Shown here: positions 1 to 9,476 of the stretch, piece by piece
Position numbering within the stretch: the first letter of the stretch is position 1
Layout of the letters: every line of letters begins with the position of its first letter
Assembly (NCBI GenBank): GCA_965250285.1
Contig: OZ252299.1
Span: 5,536,001 to 5,600,000, forward strand
Reading direction: 5' to 3'
Length of the DNA stretch: 64,000 bases
From: Myxococcota bacterium
GTDB taxonomy: Bacteria; Myxococcota_A; UBA9160; UBA4427
Notes under the pieces: generated by a model
Seen by the model: only the letters and a program-made list of their open reading frames with translations
The model's database searches: none
Told to the model about the DNA's origin: nothing
Translations under genes and position numbers: made by a program

Positions 1-176
1 CGATCGAGGTCATGAAGCGACTCGGCATGCGCGCATGGCGCGAGGTCAGCTATCCAGCCGGGCTCGGGGTCGAATATCTGCTGCACCGCGACGCGTTCGA
101 TCCGACCGCGCCGAAGCTCGCCTGGGCAGAGCGCTTGGCTCGAGGGCTGTGTGGCAGTCTGGAAAGAGAGGGATGA
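1..176 (+). CDS. C-terminal part of a GNAT (RimJ/RimL-like) N-acetyltransferase, truncated by the window edge
   Basis: Frame from nt 3 reads IEVMKRLGMRAW...EREG* (TGA 174-176). IEVMKRLGM resembles the SxxVMEKLGM C-terminal motif of RimJ-type GNATs. Confidence 0.55.
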   Translation, partial: IEVMKRLGMRAWREVSYPAGLGVEYLLHRDAFDPTAPKLAWAERLARGLCGSLEREG

Positions 177-177
177 C

Positions 178-525
178 GTGGCCGATGACGTCGACGACTT
201 CTTCTCGCGATACGAAGCCGAGGTGCGAGAGACCGCCCGTGCACTGCGCGCAGCGCTTCGTCGCATCGCGCCGGACGCGAACGAGACGCTGCACGTCGGC
301 TGGAAGTGCGTTTCGTATGGAACCGCCAAGAAGTTCTGCGCCATCGCCCCGCACACGAGCTCGGTCAATCTGCAGTTTCATGCGGGGGCTGCGCTCGACG
401 ATCCGCGCGGGTTGCTGACCGGCACCGGCAAGTCGATGCGACACGTGAAGCTCGTCGCGGCGAAGGACGTTCGGCGGGCCGGCCTCGCGAAGTTGATCCG
501 TGAGGCGGCGAAGCAGGCCGGCTAG
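178..525 (+). CDS. DUF1801 (YdhG-like) domain protein
   Basis: VDDFF...APDANE...W...VNLQFHAGAALDDPRGLLTGTGKSMRHVK is the typical DUF1801 pattern. GTG 178 follows GAGAGGG. Confidence 0.8.
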   Translation: MADDVDDFFSRYEAEVRETARALRAALRRIAPDANETLHVGWKCVSYGTAKKFCAIAPHTSSVNLQFHAGAALDDPRGLLTGTGKSMRHVKLVAAKDVRRAGLAKLIREAAKQAG

Positions 526-561
526 CCGCGCCAGCGCTCGGCGCGGCAGGAGGAGGCGCGC

Positions 562-843
562 GTGCAGTTTGCCAAGCGATTGCGACCGCTCGTACAGAGC
601 GGCGAAGTCACCTGCAGCGTGCGCATCTGGAAACAGCCGCGTGTCAAGGTCGGGGGGCGATACGCTCTGCCGCCGGGTGAGATCGAGGTGCTTTCGATCA
701 CGGGCCTCACGCGAAGGCAGCTCACCCGTGAGCTGGCGATTCGCTCGGGCTTCGAGTCGGTCGACGACCTGCTCGAGATCGCGCAGCACGGCACGGGCGA
801 GTGCATCTTTCTCGTCGAGTTCTGCTACCACGATCCCGTGTAG
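562..843 (+). CDS. ASCH domain protein
   Basis: GEVTCSVRIW and ELAIRSGFES motifs. GGAGGAGG RBS precedes the GTG. Confidence 0.7.
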   Translation: MQFAKRLRPLVQSGEVTCSVRIWKQPRVKVGGRYALPPGEIEVLSITGLTRRQLTRELAIRSGFESVDDLLEIAQHGTGECIFLVEFCYHDPV

Positions 844-934
844 GCGAGTCGCCGCCGCGATTGATCGGTGCACGTCGAAAGGGGCATACTCGTGAGGTCG
901 GCGCGGTCGCTGGCCGCGAGCCAACCCCTGGGAG

Positions 935-1381
935 ATGAAGGTGGACGATTCGATCCTCAGCCGTGTCACCGAAGAGGTCGAGGGGCTGCACGCCTTCTTC
1001 GTCGAGTGGTTCTCGGGGCGTTCAGCGGAGGGCGACTTCGAGTCGGGCTTCTCCGTGCGATTCGCCGAAGACCTCGTGTTCATTCCGCCGGCGGGCACGC
1101 TGCTCGGGCTCTCGGATCTCTCGTCAGCGGTCCATGCAGGGCACGGCTCGAATGCCGAATTCCGGGTCCAGATCCGCAACGTGCGGATCCATCGCGAATT
1201 TGGTGGGTGCGTGCTCGCCACCTATGAAGAGTGGCAGCGCAACGCGCTCGCCTCGACGCCGCCCGACAACGCGCGGCTCGCGACGGTGCTCTTTCGCATG
1301 GGCGATCGCCTCGAGTGGCTGCACATTCACGAGACGTGGCTGCCGGCCGAGGTGATGGCGCAGGGCCCGTACGACTTCTGA
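935..1381 (+). CDS. NTF2/SnoaL-like (DUF4440-type) protein
   Basis: LHAFFVEWFSG...LATYEEWQ...WLHIHETW pattern. GGGAG precedes the ATG. Confidence 0.65.
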   Translation: MKVDDSILSRVTEEVEGLHAFFVEWFSGRSAEGDFESGFSVRFAEDLVFIPPAGTLLGLSDLSSAVHAGHGSNAEFRVQIRNVRIHREFGGCVLATYEEWQRNALASTPPDNARLATVLFRMGDRLEWLHIHETWLPAEVMAQGPYDF

Positions 1382-1442
1382 GCGCGAGGCCAACCCGCTC
1401 GCGCGCGTCTGCGCGCGACATCGACGCAAGAGGAGAGGGTTC

Positions 1443-1889
1443 ATGCTGCCCATCGAAGCCGTCAACCACGTCGGGATCCGCGTGGGCGAGAAGGAGCGTT
1501 CGGTGGCGTTCTATGGAGGCCTCGGCTTCGAGCTCGTTCGCGATGCCGGCTTCGAGTCGGGGCATCCCGTGATCATGCGTCACGCGTCGGGGGTCGTGCT
1601 GAACCTGCTCGGGCCCGCGAACGCAGTTGACGGGTCGAACATCTTGATGGACGTCCCCGAGAAGCACCCGGGCATCACGCACGTCGCGCTGACCGTCTCG
1701 TCGCTCGAACGCACGCGCGCCTTCCTCGCCGAGCACGACATCGAGATCACGGGCTCGTTCTCGTTCGGGGACATGTCGGCCGTGTTCATCCGCGACCCCG
1801 ATCGCAACGTGATCGAGCTCGATGCCTATTGCGGGCCCACCGAGGCCCACCCCACCGACGGCTCGGGCTACTCGAATCATCCCGACTGA
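1443..1889 (+). CDS. VOC/glyoxalase family protein
   Basis: NHVGIRV, THVALTV and FIRDPDRNVIEL motifs. Confidence 0.9.
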   Translation: MLPIEAVNHVGIRVGEKERSVAFYGGLGFELVRDAGFESGHPVIMRHASGVVLNLLGPANAVDGSNILMDVPEKHPGITHVALTVSSLERTRAFLAEHDIEITGSFSFGDMSAVFIRDPDRNVIELDAYCGPTEAHPTDGSGYSNHPD

Positions 1890-1925
1890 CGGCGCTGCGA
1901 CGCCGGCGGAACGATCGGAGCCTGC

Positions 1926-2357
1926 ATGAAGGCCACGTCGCTCGTACTCGGCCCGCTGCAACAGGTCGCGCTCTCGGTGCGCGACCTCGATCGCAGCGTC
2001 GCCTTTTTTCGCGATGGCGTTGGCCTGGAGCAGATCGCCGTGATCGACCCGCCCGGCATCGCGTTCTTTCGCCTCGGTGAGACGCGCCTGCTGCTCGAGC
2101 GCAGCGCATCGGTCTCGCCCGGCGCGGCCACGCTCTACTTTCGTGTGGCCGACATCGACGCTGCCCACGCTGCTCTCCGGGCGCGCGGGATCGAGTTCGA
2201 GCAACCGCCGCATCTGATCCACAGAGACGATTCGGGGACGTTCGGCGCGGCCGGCGAAGAAGAGTGGATGGCCTTCTTCAAGGATCCCGACGGCCACGAT
2301 CTCGCGATTGCGGCGCGCATGCGGGGCCGGACCGGAGCCGGAGAGCGACCGCGGTGA
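1926..2357 (+). CDS. VOC/glyoxalase family protein
   Basis: QVALSVRDLDRSVAFF, LYFRVADID and MAFFKDPDGHDLAI motifs. Confidence 0.9.
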   Translation: MKATSLVLGPLQQVALSVRDLDRSVAFFRDGVGLEQIAVIDPPGIAFFRLGETRLLLERSASVSPGAATLYFRVADIDAAHAALRARGIEFEQPPHLIHRDDSGTFGAAGEEEWMAFFKDPDGHDLAIAARMRGRTGAGERPR

Positions 2358-2452
2358 CGATCGTGGCCTTCGACGCCGCTCGTTTCGGTGACGTGGTCGA
2401 GCTGTCACTCAAGGCCTGGGCCCCGTCTTCGTGTCGCTTCGAAGCGAGAGGC
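2354..2452 (+). pseudogene. Frameshifted, truncated 5' remnant of a GNAT acetyltransferase
   Basis: GTG overlaps the VOC stop (GTGA) and reads MTIVAFDAARFGDVVELSLKAWAP. A shifted frame continues VFVSL, resembling the LSLRAWAPVF N-terminus of a GNAT subfamily. Similarity then ends. Confidence 0.45.
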
Positions 2453-2750
2453 TGCCCGCGGCGGCGAGGCGCGCAGCCCTGAGGCTGGCAAACGAGCGGA
2501 AGCTCGAATTCGGTCAGAACGCCGCATCCGCCGAGGGATCGCGCGCGCACCCCGCCGGTCTCTCGCGTGCCAGCGATCGACCGATCGCTGGGGCCTCTCG
2601 GCCACGCGTGTTCTCGGACGAAAGCAGCCTGCGCTTCGGCCGTTAGGCGGCTTCGGCTTCGCAGGTCGATTCGAGCTGTTCCAGCGATGGCTGCTCTACA
2701 CTCGGCGCCGTCAGTCGCTCGCGAACTCGCGCGGGCGCTCGGAGGTTCTC

Positions 2751-5153
2751 ATGGCACGGCTTCTCTTTATGGTCTCCCTTCTCTTCATCATGGCGTGCGA
2801 TTCGCCTTCGTCCGATCCGACCGAGGCTGCGGCCCCCGAGACTGAAGAGCAGGCCGAGACGGCCGGCATCGAGACGGTCGATGGCGTGATGGTCAAGCAC
2901 GTGCCGGGCTTCGGCGGCGTCATCGCGCGGAGCTACGACGACAGCGAAGAGTGGTGGCCGCCCTACGTCGAGCCCGAGGCCGACGCGCCGAACGTGATCA
3001 TCTTCTTGCTCGACGACGTCGGCTTCGCTCAGGTCGGCAGCTTCGGCGGGCTGATCGAGACCCCGAACATCGATGAGCTCGCCGAGAACGGCCTGCGCTT
3101 CAACAACTTCCACACGACGGCGCTCTGCTCGCCTTCTCGGGCCTCATTGATGGCCGGTCGCAATCCGCACTCGATCGGCCTCGGCAGCCATGCGCTCACC
3201 GCCATGGGTTTCCCGGGCTACAACGCGGTCATGCCGCCGTCGGCGAAGTCGGTGGCGAACTACCTGCAGGAGGCGGGCTACGTCAACTATGCGATCGGCA
3301 AGTGGGATCACACGCCGCTCTACGAGGTGTCGCAGGTGGGGCCCTTCGACCGCTGGCCGAGTGGCGAGGGCTTTCAGCACGCGTACACGTACATGGCGGC
3401 CGACGTGCATCAGTTCGTGCCGGTCATGTGGAACGACCACACCCCCGAGCCCTATCGCAAGTCGGTGCATCTCGATCAGGATCTGGCCGACAAGGCGATC
3501 GAGTGGATCACGGGTCACAAGTCGATCAAGCCCGATCTGCCGTTCATGATGCTCTGGGCCTCGGGCTCGATGCACTCGCCGCATCACGCACCCGACAGCC
3601 ACATCGACAAATACGCCGGCCAGTTCGACGAGGGTTGGGACGTCGCCCGCGAGAAGATCATCGAGCGCCAGAAGGCCCTGGGCATCATCCCGGCCGACAC
3701 GGTGCTGACCGAGCGCATCGACGACATCCCGGCGTGGGATTCACTCACGGATGAGGAGAAGAAGCTCTACGCGCGGCAGATGGAGGTCTTCGCCGCGCAG
3801 ATGGAGTGGGTCGACCTGCAGATCGGCCGGGTCGTCGACGAGCTCGAGCGGATCGGCGAGCTCGACAACACGCTGATCTTCGTTACGGCCGACAACGGCG
3901 CGAGTGGCGAGGGTGGCCTGGCGGGCACGTTCAATGAGACGTACGTGCTGAACGGGCTTCAGACGCCGCTGCAGGACAACCTCGACAACTTTGAGGTGTG
4001 GGGCACGGCGGCGAGCTACCCGCACTACCACGCGGGCTGGGCGATGGCCGGCAACACGCCCTTCCGGTACTTCAAGCAGAGCGAGCATCGCGGCGGTCAG
4101 CAGGATCATCTCGTCGTGCACTGGCCGAAGGGGATCGAAGCCAAGGGCGAGATCCGGAGCCAGTATCACCACATCACCGACATCGCGCCGACGATCCTCG
4201 AGGCGGCGGGGGTCGACGTGCCCGAGAGCTACCACGGTGTCGAGCAGCAGCCGATGGACGGTGTCTCGATGATGTATGCGTTCGATGCGCCCGACGCGCC
4301 GAATCGCAAGGAGCGCCAGTACTACGAGATGTTCGGCAACCGCGCGATCTGGGTCGACGGCTGGAAGGCGGTCACGATCCACGCGAACCGCATGCCCTGG
4401 GAGCTGGCCGTGACGCTGCCTTTCGATCAGGACAAGTGGGAGCTCTACCACGTCGCCGAAGACTTCTCGGAAGCCCACGACCTCGCGGATCAGAACCCCG
4501 AGAAGCTGAAGGAGCTGATCGAGATCTTCGACGAAGAGGCGTGGAAGTACAACGTGTACCCGCTCTACGACGACATGATCGCGCGCGTCGCGAGCCAGCA
4601 GGATCGGCTGTTCGGCGACAAGAAGGAGTTCGTCTATTTCGCGCCCGGCGCGGTGCGCATCGCCGAGAAGTCTTCGGCCCCGGTCAAGAACCGAGCGCAC
4701 ACGATCGAGACGAAGCTCGATCTGAAGGGCGGCGAAGAAGGTGTGATCCTGGCCGTGGGCGGCATGACCGGCGGCTTCGCGCTCTTCGTCAAGGACGACA
4801 AGCTCTATTACGACTACAACTATCTGAACGGCGTCCACTACGTGCTCGAGTCGCCGAAGCTCGAGCCGGGTGAGGTCGAGGTGAAGTTCAACTTCATCAA
4901 GACCCAGGATTTCGGGGGCACCGGCGAGCTGTTCGTGAACGGCGAGAAGGTCGACGAGGTCGAGATGCCGCTGATGCACATCAGCACCTACTCGCTCGCC
5001 GAGACCTTCGACATCGGTCGCGACACGGGCACGCAGGTCTCGGCGCTCTATGCCGATCCATTCCCCTACGACGGCGCGCTCGATCGCGTGACGATCCGAA
5101 TCGGCGACGGGGCCGAGGTGCCGCCGCGCGTGCTGGGAACGGGCGTCTACTGA
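2751..5153 (+). CDS. Arylsulfatase (formylglycine-dependent), predicted lipoprotein
   Basis: PNVIIFLLDDVGF, TTALCSPSRASLMAG (CxPxR), GKWD and ADNG motifs. The signal peptide ends in IMAC. GGAGG RBS at 2741. Confidence 0.93.
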   Translation: MARLLFMVSLLFIMACDSPSSDPTEAAAPETEEQAETAGIETVDGVMVKHVPGFGGVIARSYDDSEEWWPPYVEPEADAPNVIIFLLDDVGFAQVGSFGGLIETPNIDELAENGLRFNNFHTTALCSPSRASLMAGRNPHSIGLGSHALTAMGFPGYNAVMPPSAKSVANYLQEAGYVNYAIGKWDHTPLYEVSQVGPFDRWPSGEGFQHAYTYMAADVHQFVPVMWNDHTPEPYRKSVHLDQDLADKAIEWITGHKSIKPDLPFMMLWASGSMHSPHHAPDSHIDKYAGQFDEGWDVAREKIIERQKALGIIPADTVLTERIDDIPAWDSLTDEEKKLYARQMEVFAAQMEWVDLQIGRVVDELERIGELDNTLIFVTADNGASGEGGLAGTFNETYVLNGLQTPLQDNLDNFEVWGTAASYPHYHAGWAMAGNTPFRYFKQSEHRGGQQDHLVVHWPKGIEAKGEIRSQYHHITDIAPTILEAAGVDVPESYHGVEQQPMDGVSMMYAFDAPDAPNRKERQYYEMFGNRAIWVDGWKAVTIHANRMPWELAVTLPFDQDKWELYHVAEDFSEAHDLADQNPEKLKELIEIFDEEAWKYNVYPLYDDMIARVASQQDRLFGDKKEFVYFAPGAVRIAEKSSAPVKNRAHTIETKLDLKGGEEGVILAVGGMTGGFALFVKDDKLYYDYNYLNGVHYVLESPKLEPGEVEVKFNFIKTQDFGGTGELFVNGEKVDEVEMPLMHISTYSLAETFDIGRDTGTQVSALYADPFPYDGALDRVTIRIGDGAEVPPRVLGTGVY

Positions 5154-5239
5154 TCGAGCAGCATGATGCCGGAAGCGGGCGTCGACTGATCGAGCCGCGC
5201 GGTGCTGGGAACGGGCGTCTACTGATCGAACCGCGCGGT
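5124..5239 (+). repeat. About 3 x 36-bp diverged tandem repeat spanning the sulfatase stop codon
   Basis: CGGGCGTC(T/G)ACTGATCGA recurs with TGA at 5151, 5187 and 5223. Confidence 0.9.
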
Positions 5240-5353
5240 CGGCGGGGCGGTGCCGCCGCCTCTGCCTCTGCGCCCGCCCCCGCCCGCTTTGGCGGGCGGC
5301 CGGGCGGTGCCCCCACCGCGGCGCGAGGGCGCGGCGCGACATAGAATTGTCGC

Positions 5354-6274
5354 ATGCCCAGTCTGCCCGAGCGCTCTCGAATCTATCAGTGCCACCACTT
5401 CGACGGAACGCGTTGGGACTATCTCGAGCGGCGCCCCGACGACATCATCATCGCCACGTCGTACAAGGCCGGGACGACCTGGACCCAGGCGATCGTGGCG
5501 CATCTGCTCTGGCCGGGTGGCGACCTGCCGGCGCCGCCCTCCGTGCTGTCGCCGTGGCTCGACATGCGAGCCGTTCCGCTCGAGGTTGCGCTCAACGAGC
5601 TGAAGGCCCAGGCGCATCGGCGCTTCATCAAGACGCACCTGCCCTTCGACGGCATGATCTACGACGAGCGCTGGAAGTATCTCTACGTCGCGCGGGATGC
5701 ACGCGATGTCTTCATGTCGCTGTGGAACCACTACACGAACATGACCGACGAGATCAAGGCGCTCTTCAACACGCTGCCGGGCCGCGTCGGCGACCCCTTC
5801 CCCGAGCCGCCCGACGACATCCACACGTTCTGGCGCGACTGGATGACCAAGGGCTGGTTCGACACCGATACCGACGGTTACCCGTACTGGTCGCACCTCA
5901 CGAACGTGCAGTCGTGGTGGGATGTCCGAGATCGGCCGAACATCCAGCTGATTCACTACGCCGACCTGCTGGCCGACACCGAAGGGGAGATGCGCCGCAT
6001 CGCCGACTACCTCGAGATCGACGTGCCCGAAGATCACTGGCCGTCGATCGTCGAAGCGGTTTCGTTCAAGAACATGAAAGAGAAGGGCGAGGTCTATGCA
6101 CCCGCCGGCGGCACGATGTGGAAGGGCGGCGCCAAGACGTTCCTGCACAAGGGCACGAACGGGCGCTGGCGCGAGGTGCTCTCCGACGAAGAGCTCGAGC
6201 TCTACGATGCCGCGTGCGATCGGGCGCTCTCGGCCGATTGCCGAGCGTGGCTCGAGACGGGCGGAACGGTCTAG
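5354..6274 (+). CDS. PAPS-dependent sulfotransferase (Sulfotransfer_1 family)
   Basis: IATSYKAGTTW (5'-PSB loop), FIKTHLP, RDARDVFMS (3'-PB) and KGTNGRWR motifs. Confidence 0.92.
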   Translation: MPSLPERSRIYQCHHFDGTRWDYLERRPDDIIIATSYKAGTTWTQAIVAHLLWPGGDLPAPPSVLSPWLDMRAVPLEVALNELKAQAHRRFIKTHLPFDGMIYDERWKYLYVARDARDVFMSLWNHYTNMTDEIKALFNTLPGRVGDPFPEPPDDIHTFWRDWMTKGWFDTDTDGYPYWSHLTNVQSWWDVRDRPNIQLIHYADLLADTEGEMRRIADYLEIDVPEDHWPSIVEAVSFKNMKEKGEVYAPAGGTMWKGGAKTFLHKGTNGRWREVLSDEELELYDAACDRALSADCRAWLETGGTV

Positions 6275-6678
6275 GTCGTCAGAACGGGCTCTTCGGCAGG
6301 CACCGGCGCGGGCGGCCGCTCGTCGAGCCAGGCGCGCGCCATGCGCACGTCGCGAAACACCTGGTAGTCGATCTCGAGATTGATCGCGAAGGCCGTGAAC
6401 ATGCGGGCGACGCCGAAGTGCAGGTCGCTCTCGGCAACGATGGCGACGCGGCTGCCGTCCCAGATCTCGATCAGACGCTCGACCTCGAGCAGCATCTGAC
6501 GCAGTTCACCGGTCGCACTGGGGCCTTCGACGGACGGGCGCACATCCCAGAGGTAGCGCCGCGCGCCGCGCCAGTCGGTCTCGCGAATGAGCTGGATCAT
6601 CTCGGCGACCTCGAAGGTCGGGCCGGGGGTGAGGATCCAGAGCTGCTCGGCGGCGTCCCACCGCGATTCGATCGGCAC
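6271..6678 (-). CDS. Hypothetical protein, SpoIIAA/STAS-like small alpha/beta fold
   Basis: LWDVR...RVAIVAESDLHFGVARMF...QVFRD...ARAWL pattern. It converges on the sulfotransferase with overlapping stops. Confidence 0.65.
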   Translation of the reverse strand: MPIESRWDAAEQLWILTPGPTFEVAEMIQLIRETDWRGARRYLWDVRPSVEGPSATGELRQMLLEVERLIEIWDGSRVAIVAESDLHFGVARMFTAFAINLEIDYQVFRDVRMARAWLDERPPAPVPAEEPVLTT

Positions 6679-6778
6679 ATGTGCAGGGTACCGCGATGTG
6701 TGGCGATCTGTCTCGAAATCCGGTGGACCTGTGACACATTGATGGATCGCGCGAGTTCGCGCCCTCGAGCGGGCCGCT

Positions 6779-7477
6779 TCATTCCGCTCGAATGCGATCG
6801 CGTCTGCGAATCTGACGCTCGACGTCCGCCCGAATTTGGAAAAGGGCCTCTCCCCATACTGCTTCGACGCTGCCCCGATACGCAGACTCGGTGAGTGTCA
6901 CTAGTTCGCGCGCGTGTTCGACGGCGCGCTCGTGCAGGGTCGCCGCGGGTTCGAGTGCATCGAGAAACCCGGCCGCCGCCGCTTCTTCGGGCCCGGCCGT
7001 CCGGCCGAGGGTCGTGAGCGCATGCAGCCGTCGTCGGTCGAGGCGCTGGCGCGCGAGCACGGCGGGCAAGGTGGGCAGCGGCATGCCGAGCCGCTGCTCG
7101 GTGAAGCCGACCTGGTAGCTGCCCGGCGAGCCGAGGCGGATGTCGGACACGAGCAGCAGCATGGCGCCTGCGGCGACCGCGTGGCCTTCGCACGTCGCCA
7201 CCACCCGGGTCGAGCTCTCGAGCGTCTCGAGCAACAGCTCGCCCATGGCTGCGAGCAGCGCTTCACGGGCCTCTCCGCCGGCAGCGAGCGCCGCGTTGTC
7301 GAGCCCGGCGCAGAACGCGTCGCTTCGGCCGCGCAGGACGACCACCGGTGCGTCGGGGTCGAACGCAAGCGCCTCACGGAGCGCTTCGACCGCTTCGAGC
7401 GTCAGCGCATTGGGTCGACCCGTGTCGAGGGTGACGAAGCGCAGGGGCGGCGCGCGATCGACGTGGACAGGCTGCAT
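6779..7477 (-). CDS. Enoyl-CoA hydratase/isomerase (crotonase) family protein
   Basis: PNALT, FCAGLD, GHAVAAGAMLLL and GFTE motifs. Confidence 0.85.
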   Translation of the reverse strand: MQPVHVDRAPPLRFVTLDTGRPNALTLEAVEALREALAFDPDAPVVVLRGRSDAFCAGLDNAALAAGGEAREALLAAMGELLLETLESSTRVVATCEGHAVAAGAMLLLVSDIRLGSPGSYQVGFTEQRLGMPLPTLPAVLARQRLDRRRLHALTTLGRTAGPEEAAAAGFLDALEPAATLHERAVEHARELVTLTESAYRGSVEAVWGEALFQIRADVERQIRRRDRIRAE

Positions 7478-7522
7478 GGCGGGGGCTCCGGTGCGGGAGG
7501 GCCTCATGGTAACGTCCTCGGG

Positions 7523-8269
7523 GTGACGTCTGGCCCGCAGCTCTACGGCGATCTCGCCGCCTGGTGGCCGCTCTTCTCGCGGCCCGAAGAGTACGTCGAA
7601 GAGGCTGCCTTCTTCGCCGAGCGACTCGGCGAGGCGTGCACCGGGGCAGCGACGACCCTGCTCGAGCTCGGGAGCGGCGGGGGCAACAACGCCTCGCACA
7701 TGAAGTCGCGGTTCGAGTCGACGCTGGTCGATCTCTCGCCGCAGATGCTCGAGGTCAGCCGTGCCCTCAACCCCGAGTGCGATCACGTCGAAGGCGACAT
7801 GCGGCGAGTGCGGCTCGGCCGCACGTTCGACTGCGTCTTCGTGCACGACGCGATCGCGTTGATGACGACCGAGGCCGATCTTCGGGCCGTGTTCGAGACG
7901 GCTTTCGCCCACTGCCGCCCGGGTGGCGCGGCGCTCTTCGCCCCCGACCACGTGCGCGAGACCTTCGCGCCGGCGACCGACGACGGGGGCCACGACGCCG
8001 ATGGGCGGGGGGTGCGGTTTCTCGAGTGGTCCTTCGATCCAGATCCCGCCGATCGCACGATCATCACCGACTACGCGATCCTGCTGCGAGACCGGGGCGG
8101 TGAGACGCGTGTGGTGCACGATCGACACGTCGAGGGGCTCTTCGCCCGGGCCGACTGGCTGCGCTGGCTGCGCGAAGCTGGCTTCGAGCCCGACGTGGTT
8201 CGCTTCGATCACTCGGATCTCGAGCCGGGCAGCTACGAGATCTTCGTCTGTCGCCGGCCCGAAGACTGA
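7523..8269 (+). CDS. Class I SAM-dependent methyltransferase
   Basis: LLELGSGGG (motif I), VDLSPQML, EGDMR and FDCVFVHDAI motifs. Confidence 0.9.
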   Translation: MTSGPQLYGDLAAWWPLFSRPEEYVEEAAFFAERLGEACTGAATTLLELGSGGGNNASHMKSRFESTLVDLSPQMLEVSRALNPECDHVEGDMRRVRLGRTFDCVFVHDAIALMTTEADLRAVFETAFAHCRPGGAALFAPDHVRETFAPATDDGGHDADGRGVRFLEWSFDPDPADRTIITDYAILLRDRGGETRVVHDRHVEGLFARADWLRWLREAGFEPDVVRFDHSDLEPGSYEIFVCRRPED

Positions 8270-8289
8270 GGGGCAACGAGGAGGGAAGC

Positions 8290-8760
8290 GTGGGGGTTCG
8301 AATCGAAGAGGCCGACCTCGGCGACCCGGTGCACGCCGCGGCCCTGGTCGACCTGATCGACGGCTATGCCCGCGGGCCCGGCGGGCAGAACGCGCCGCTC
8401 TCGGCGCACGCGCGCGAGGCGATGGCCGAGGGGCTGCGGGCCCATCCCAAGGCACGGGTGCTGCTTGCCTGGGAGGGCGACGAGGCGGTGGGCGTCGCGG
8501 TCTGCGTCGAGGGGTTCTCGACGTTCGCCGGCCAGCCGACCATCAACATCCACGATCTCTCGGTCGCCGATGCGCATCGGGGCCGCGGCATCGGCGGCGC
8601 CCTGATCGATCGCGTCGTCGAAGACGTCGAGGCGATCGGTGGCTGCAAGGTCACGCTCGAGGTGCACGACTCGAACGAGGGCGCGAAGCGGCTGTACGAA
8701 CGCAAGGGCTTCGGCCCCTGGTCACCGGCGACGTTCTTCGTCAGTCGCTATCTCGAGTGA
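8290..8760 (+). CDS. GNAT N-acetyltransferase
   Basis: HRGRGIG acetyl-CoA motif and NEGAKRLYERKGF. GAGGAGGG RBS. Confidence 0.9.
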   Translation: MGVRIEEADLGDPVHAAALVDLIDGYARGPGGQNAPLSAHAREAMAEGLRAHPKARVLLAWEGDEAVGVAVCVEGFSTFAGQPTINIHDLSVADAHRGRGIGGALIDRVVEDVEAIGGCKVTLEVHDSNEGAKRLYERKGFGPWSPATFFVSRYLE

Positions 8761-8819
8761 GCCGGCACGTGCATCGACAACCCGGGTCGATCCGACCCGA
8801 CCAGCTCCGGGGTCTCTGG

Positions 8820-9476
8820 ATGTCAATCAGCTCATCGCGCCTCGGCGCACTCGTTCTGTTCGTCGGCTCGGTCGCCGCGATCATCGGCGCGCCCGACGTC
8901 GCGCGCGCTGGCTTCGACCGCCTGTGTCCGCTGCTCGACCACGAAGAGCATCGAGAGCTGCAGGATCTCGAGCTCTCCCTCGAGCTCGCTCGCACCGAGC
9001 TGCGGGCGCGCGAGCGGGTCTTCGAGATGGTCGAGGCATTGTGGCAGGTGCGCGCGGTCGAGCAGGAAATCTACCTCGACTATCGCCGTCAGCGCGATCG
9101 AACGCGGGTCCGCGTCGATCGCATCGAGACCGAGATCGAGCAGCAGCAGACGGTCGTCGCCCAGTACGACCTGATCTGCGATGGCCGCAAAGCCAGCGCC
9201 GCCAATGCCGAATCGACCGCAGAGATCGACGCGCTGAACGAGCGCTACCGCGAGCTCGAGTGCAAGCTGCTCGGCTACGACGTCGCCATCGCCGAGGTCG
9301 ACTACGCCTTTCATTCGGCGGTGCTCGAGGCGACGAAGACCCTGAATCTGGGCAACGTGAAGTCGAAGTTCGACCTGGTGCTCGACGAGGCCGATGCCGC
9401 GCAGGCGAAGTCGCGGGTCGAGGGCTATCGCCGACGAGCGCGCGGCTGCCGGGCACAGCTCGAAGGCGGCGGCTGA
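8820..9476 (+). CDS. Secreted coiled-coil hypothetical protein with four Cys
   Basis: Signal peptide ending ARA, followed by a long helical E/R/L-rich sequence. Confidence 0.65.
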   Translation: MSISSSRLGALVLFVGSVAAIIGAPDVARAGFDRLCPLLDHEEHRELQDLELSLELARTELRARERVFEMVEALWQVRAVEQEIYLDYRRQRDRTRVRVDRIETEIEQQQTVVAQYDLICDGRKASAANAESTAEIDALNERYRELECKLLGYDVAIAEVDYAFHSAVLEATKTLNLGNVKSKFDLVLDEADAAQAKSRVEGYRRRARGCRAQLEGGG

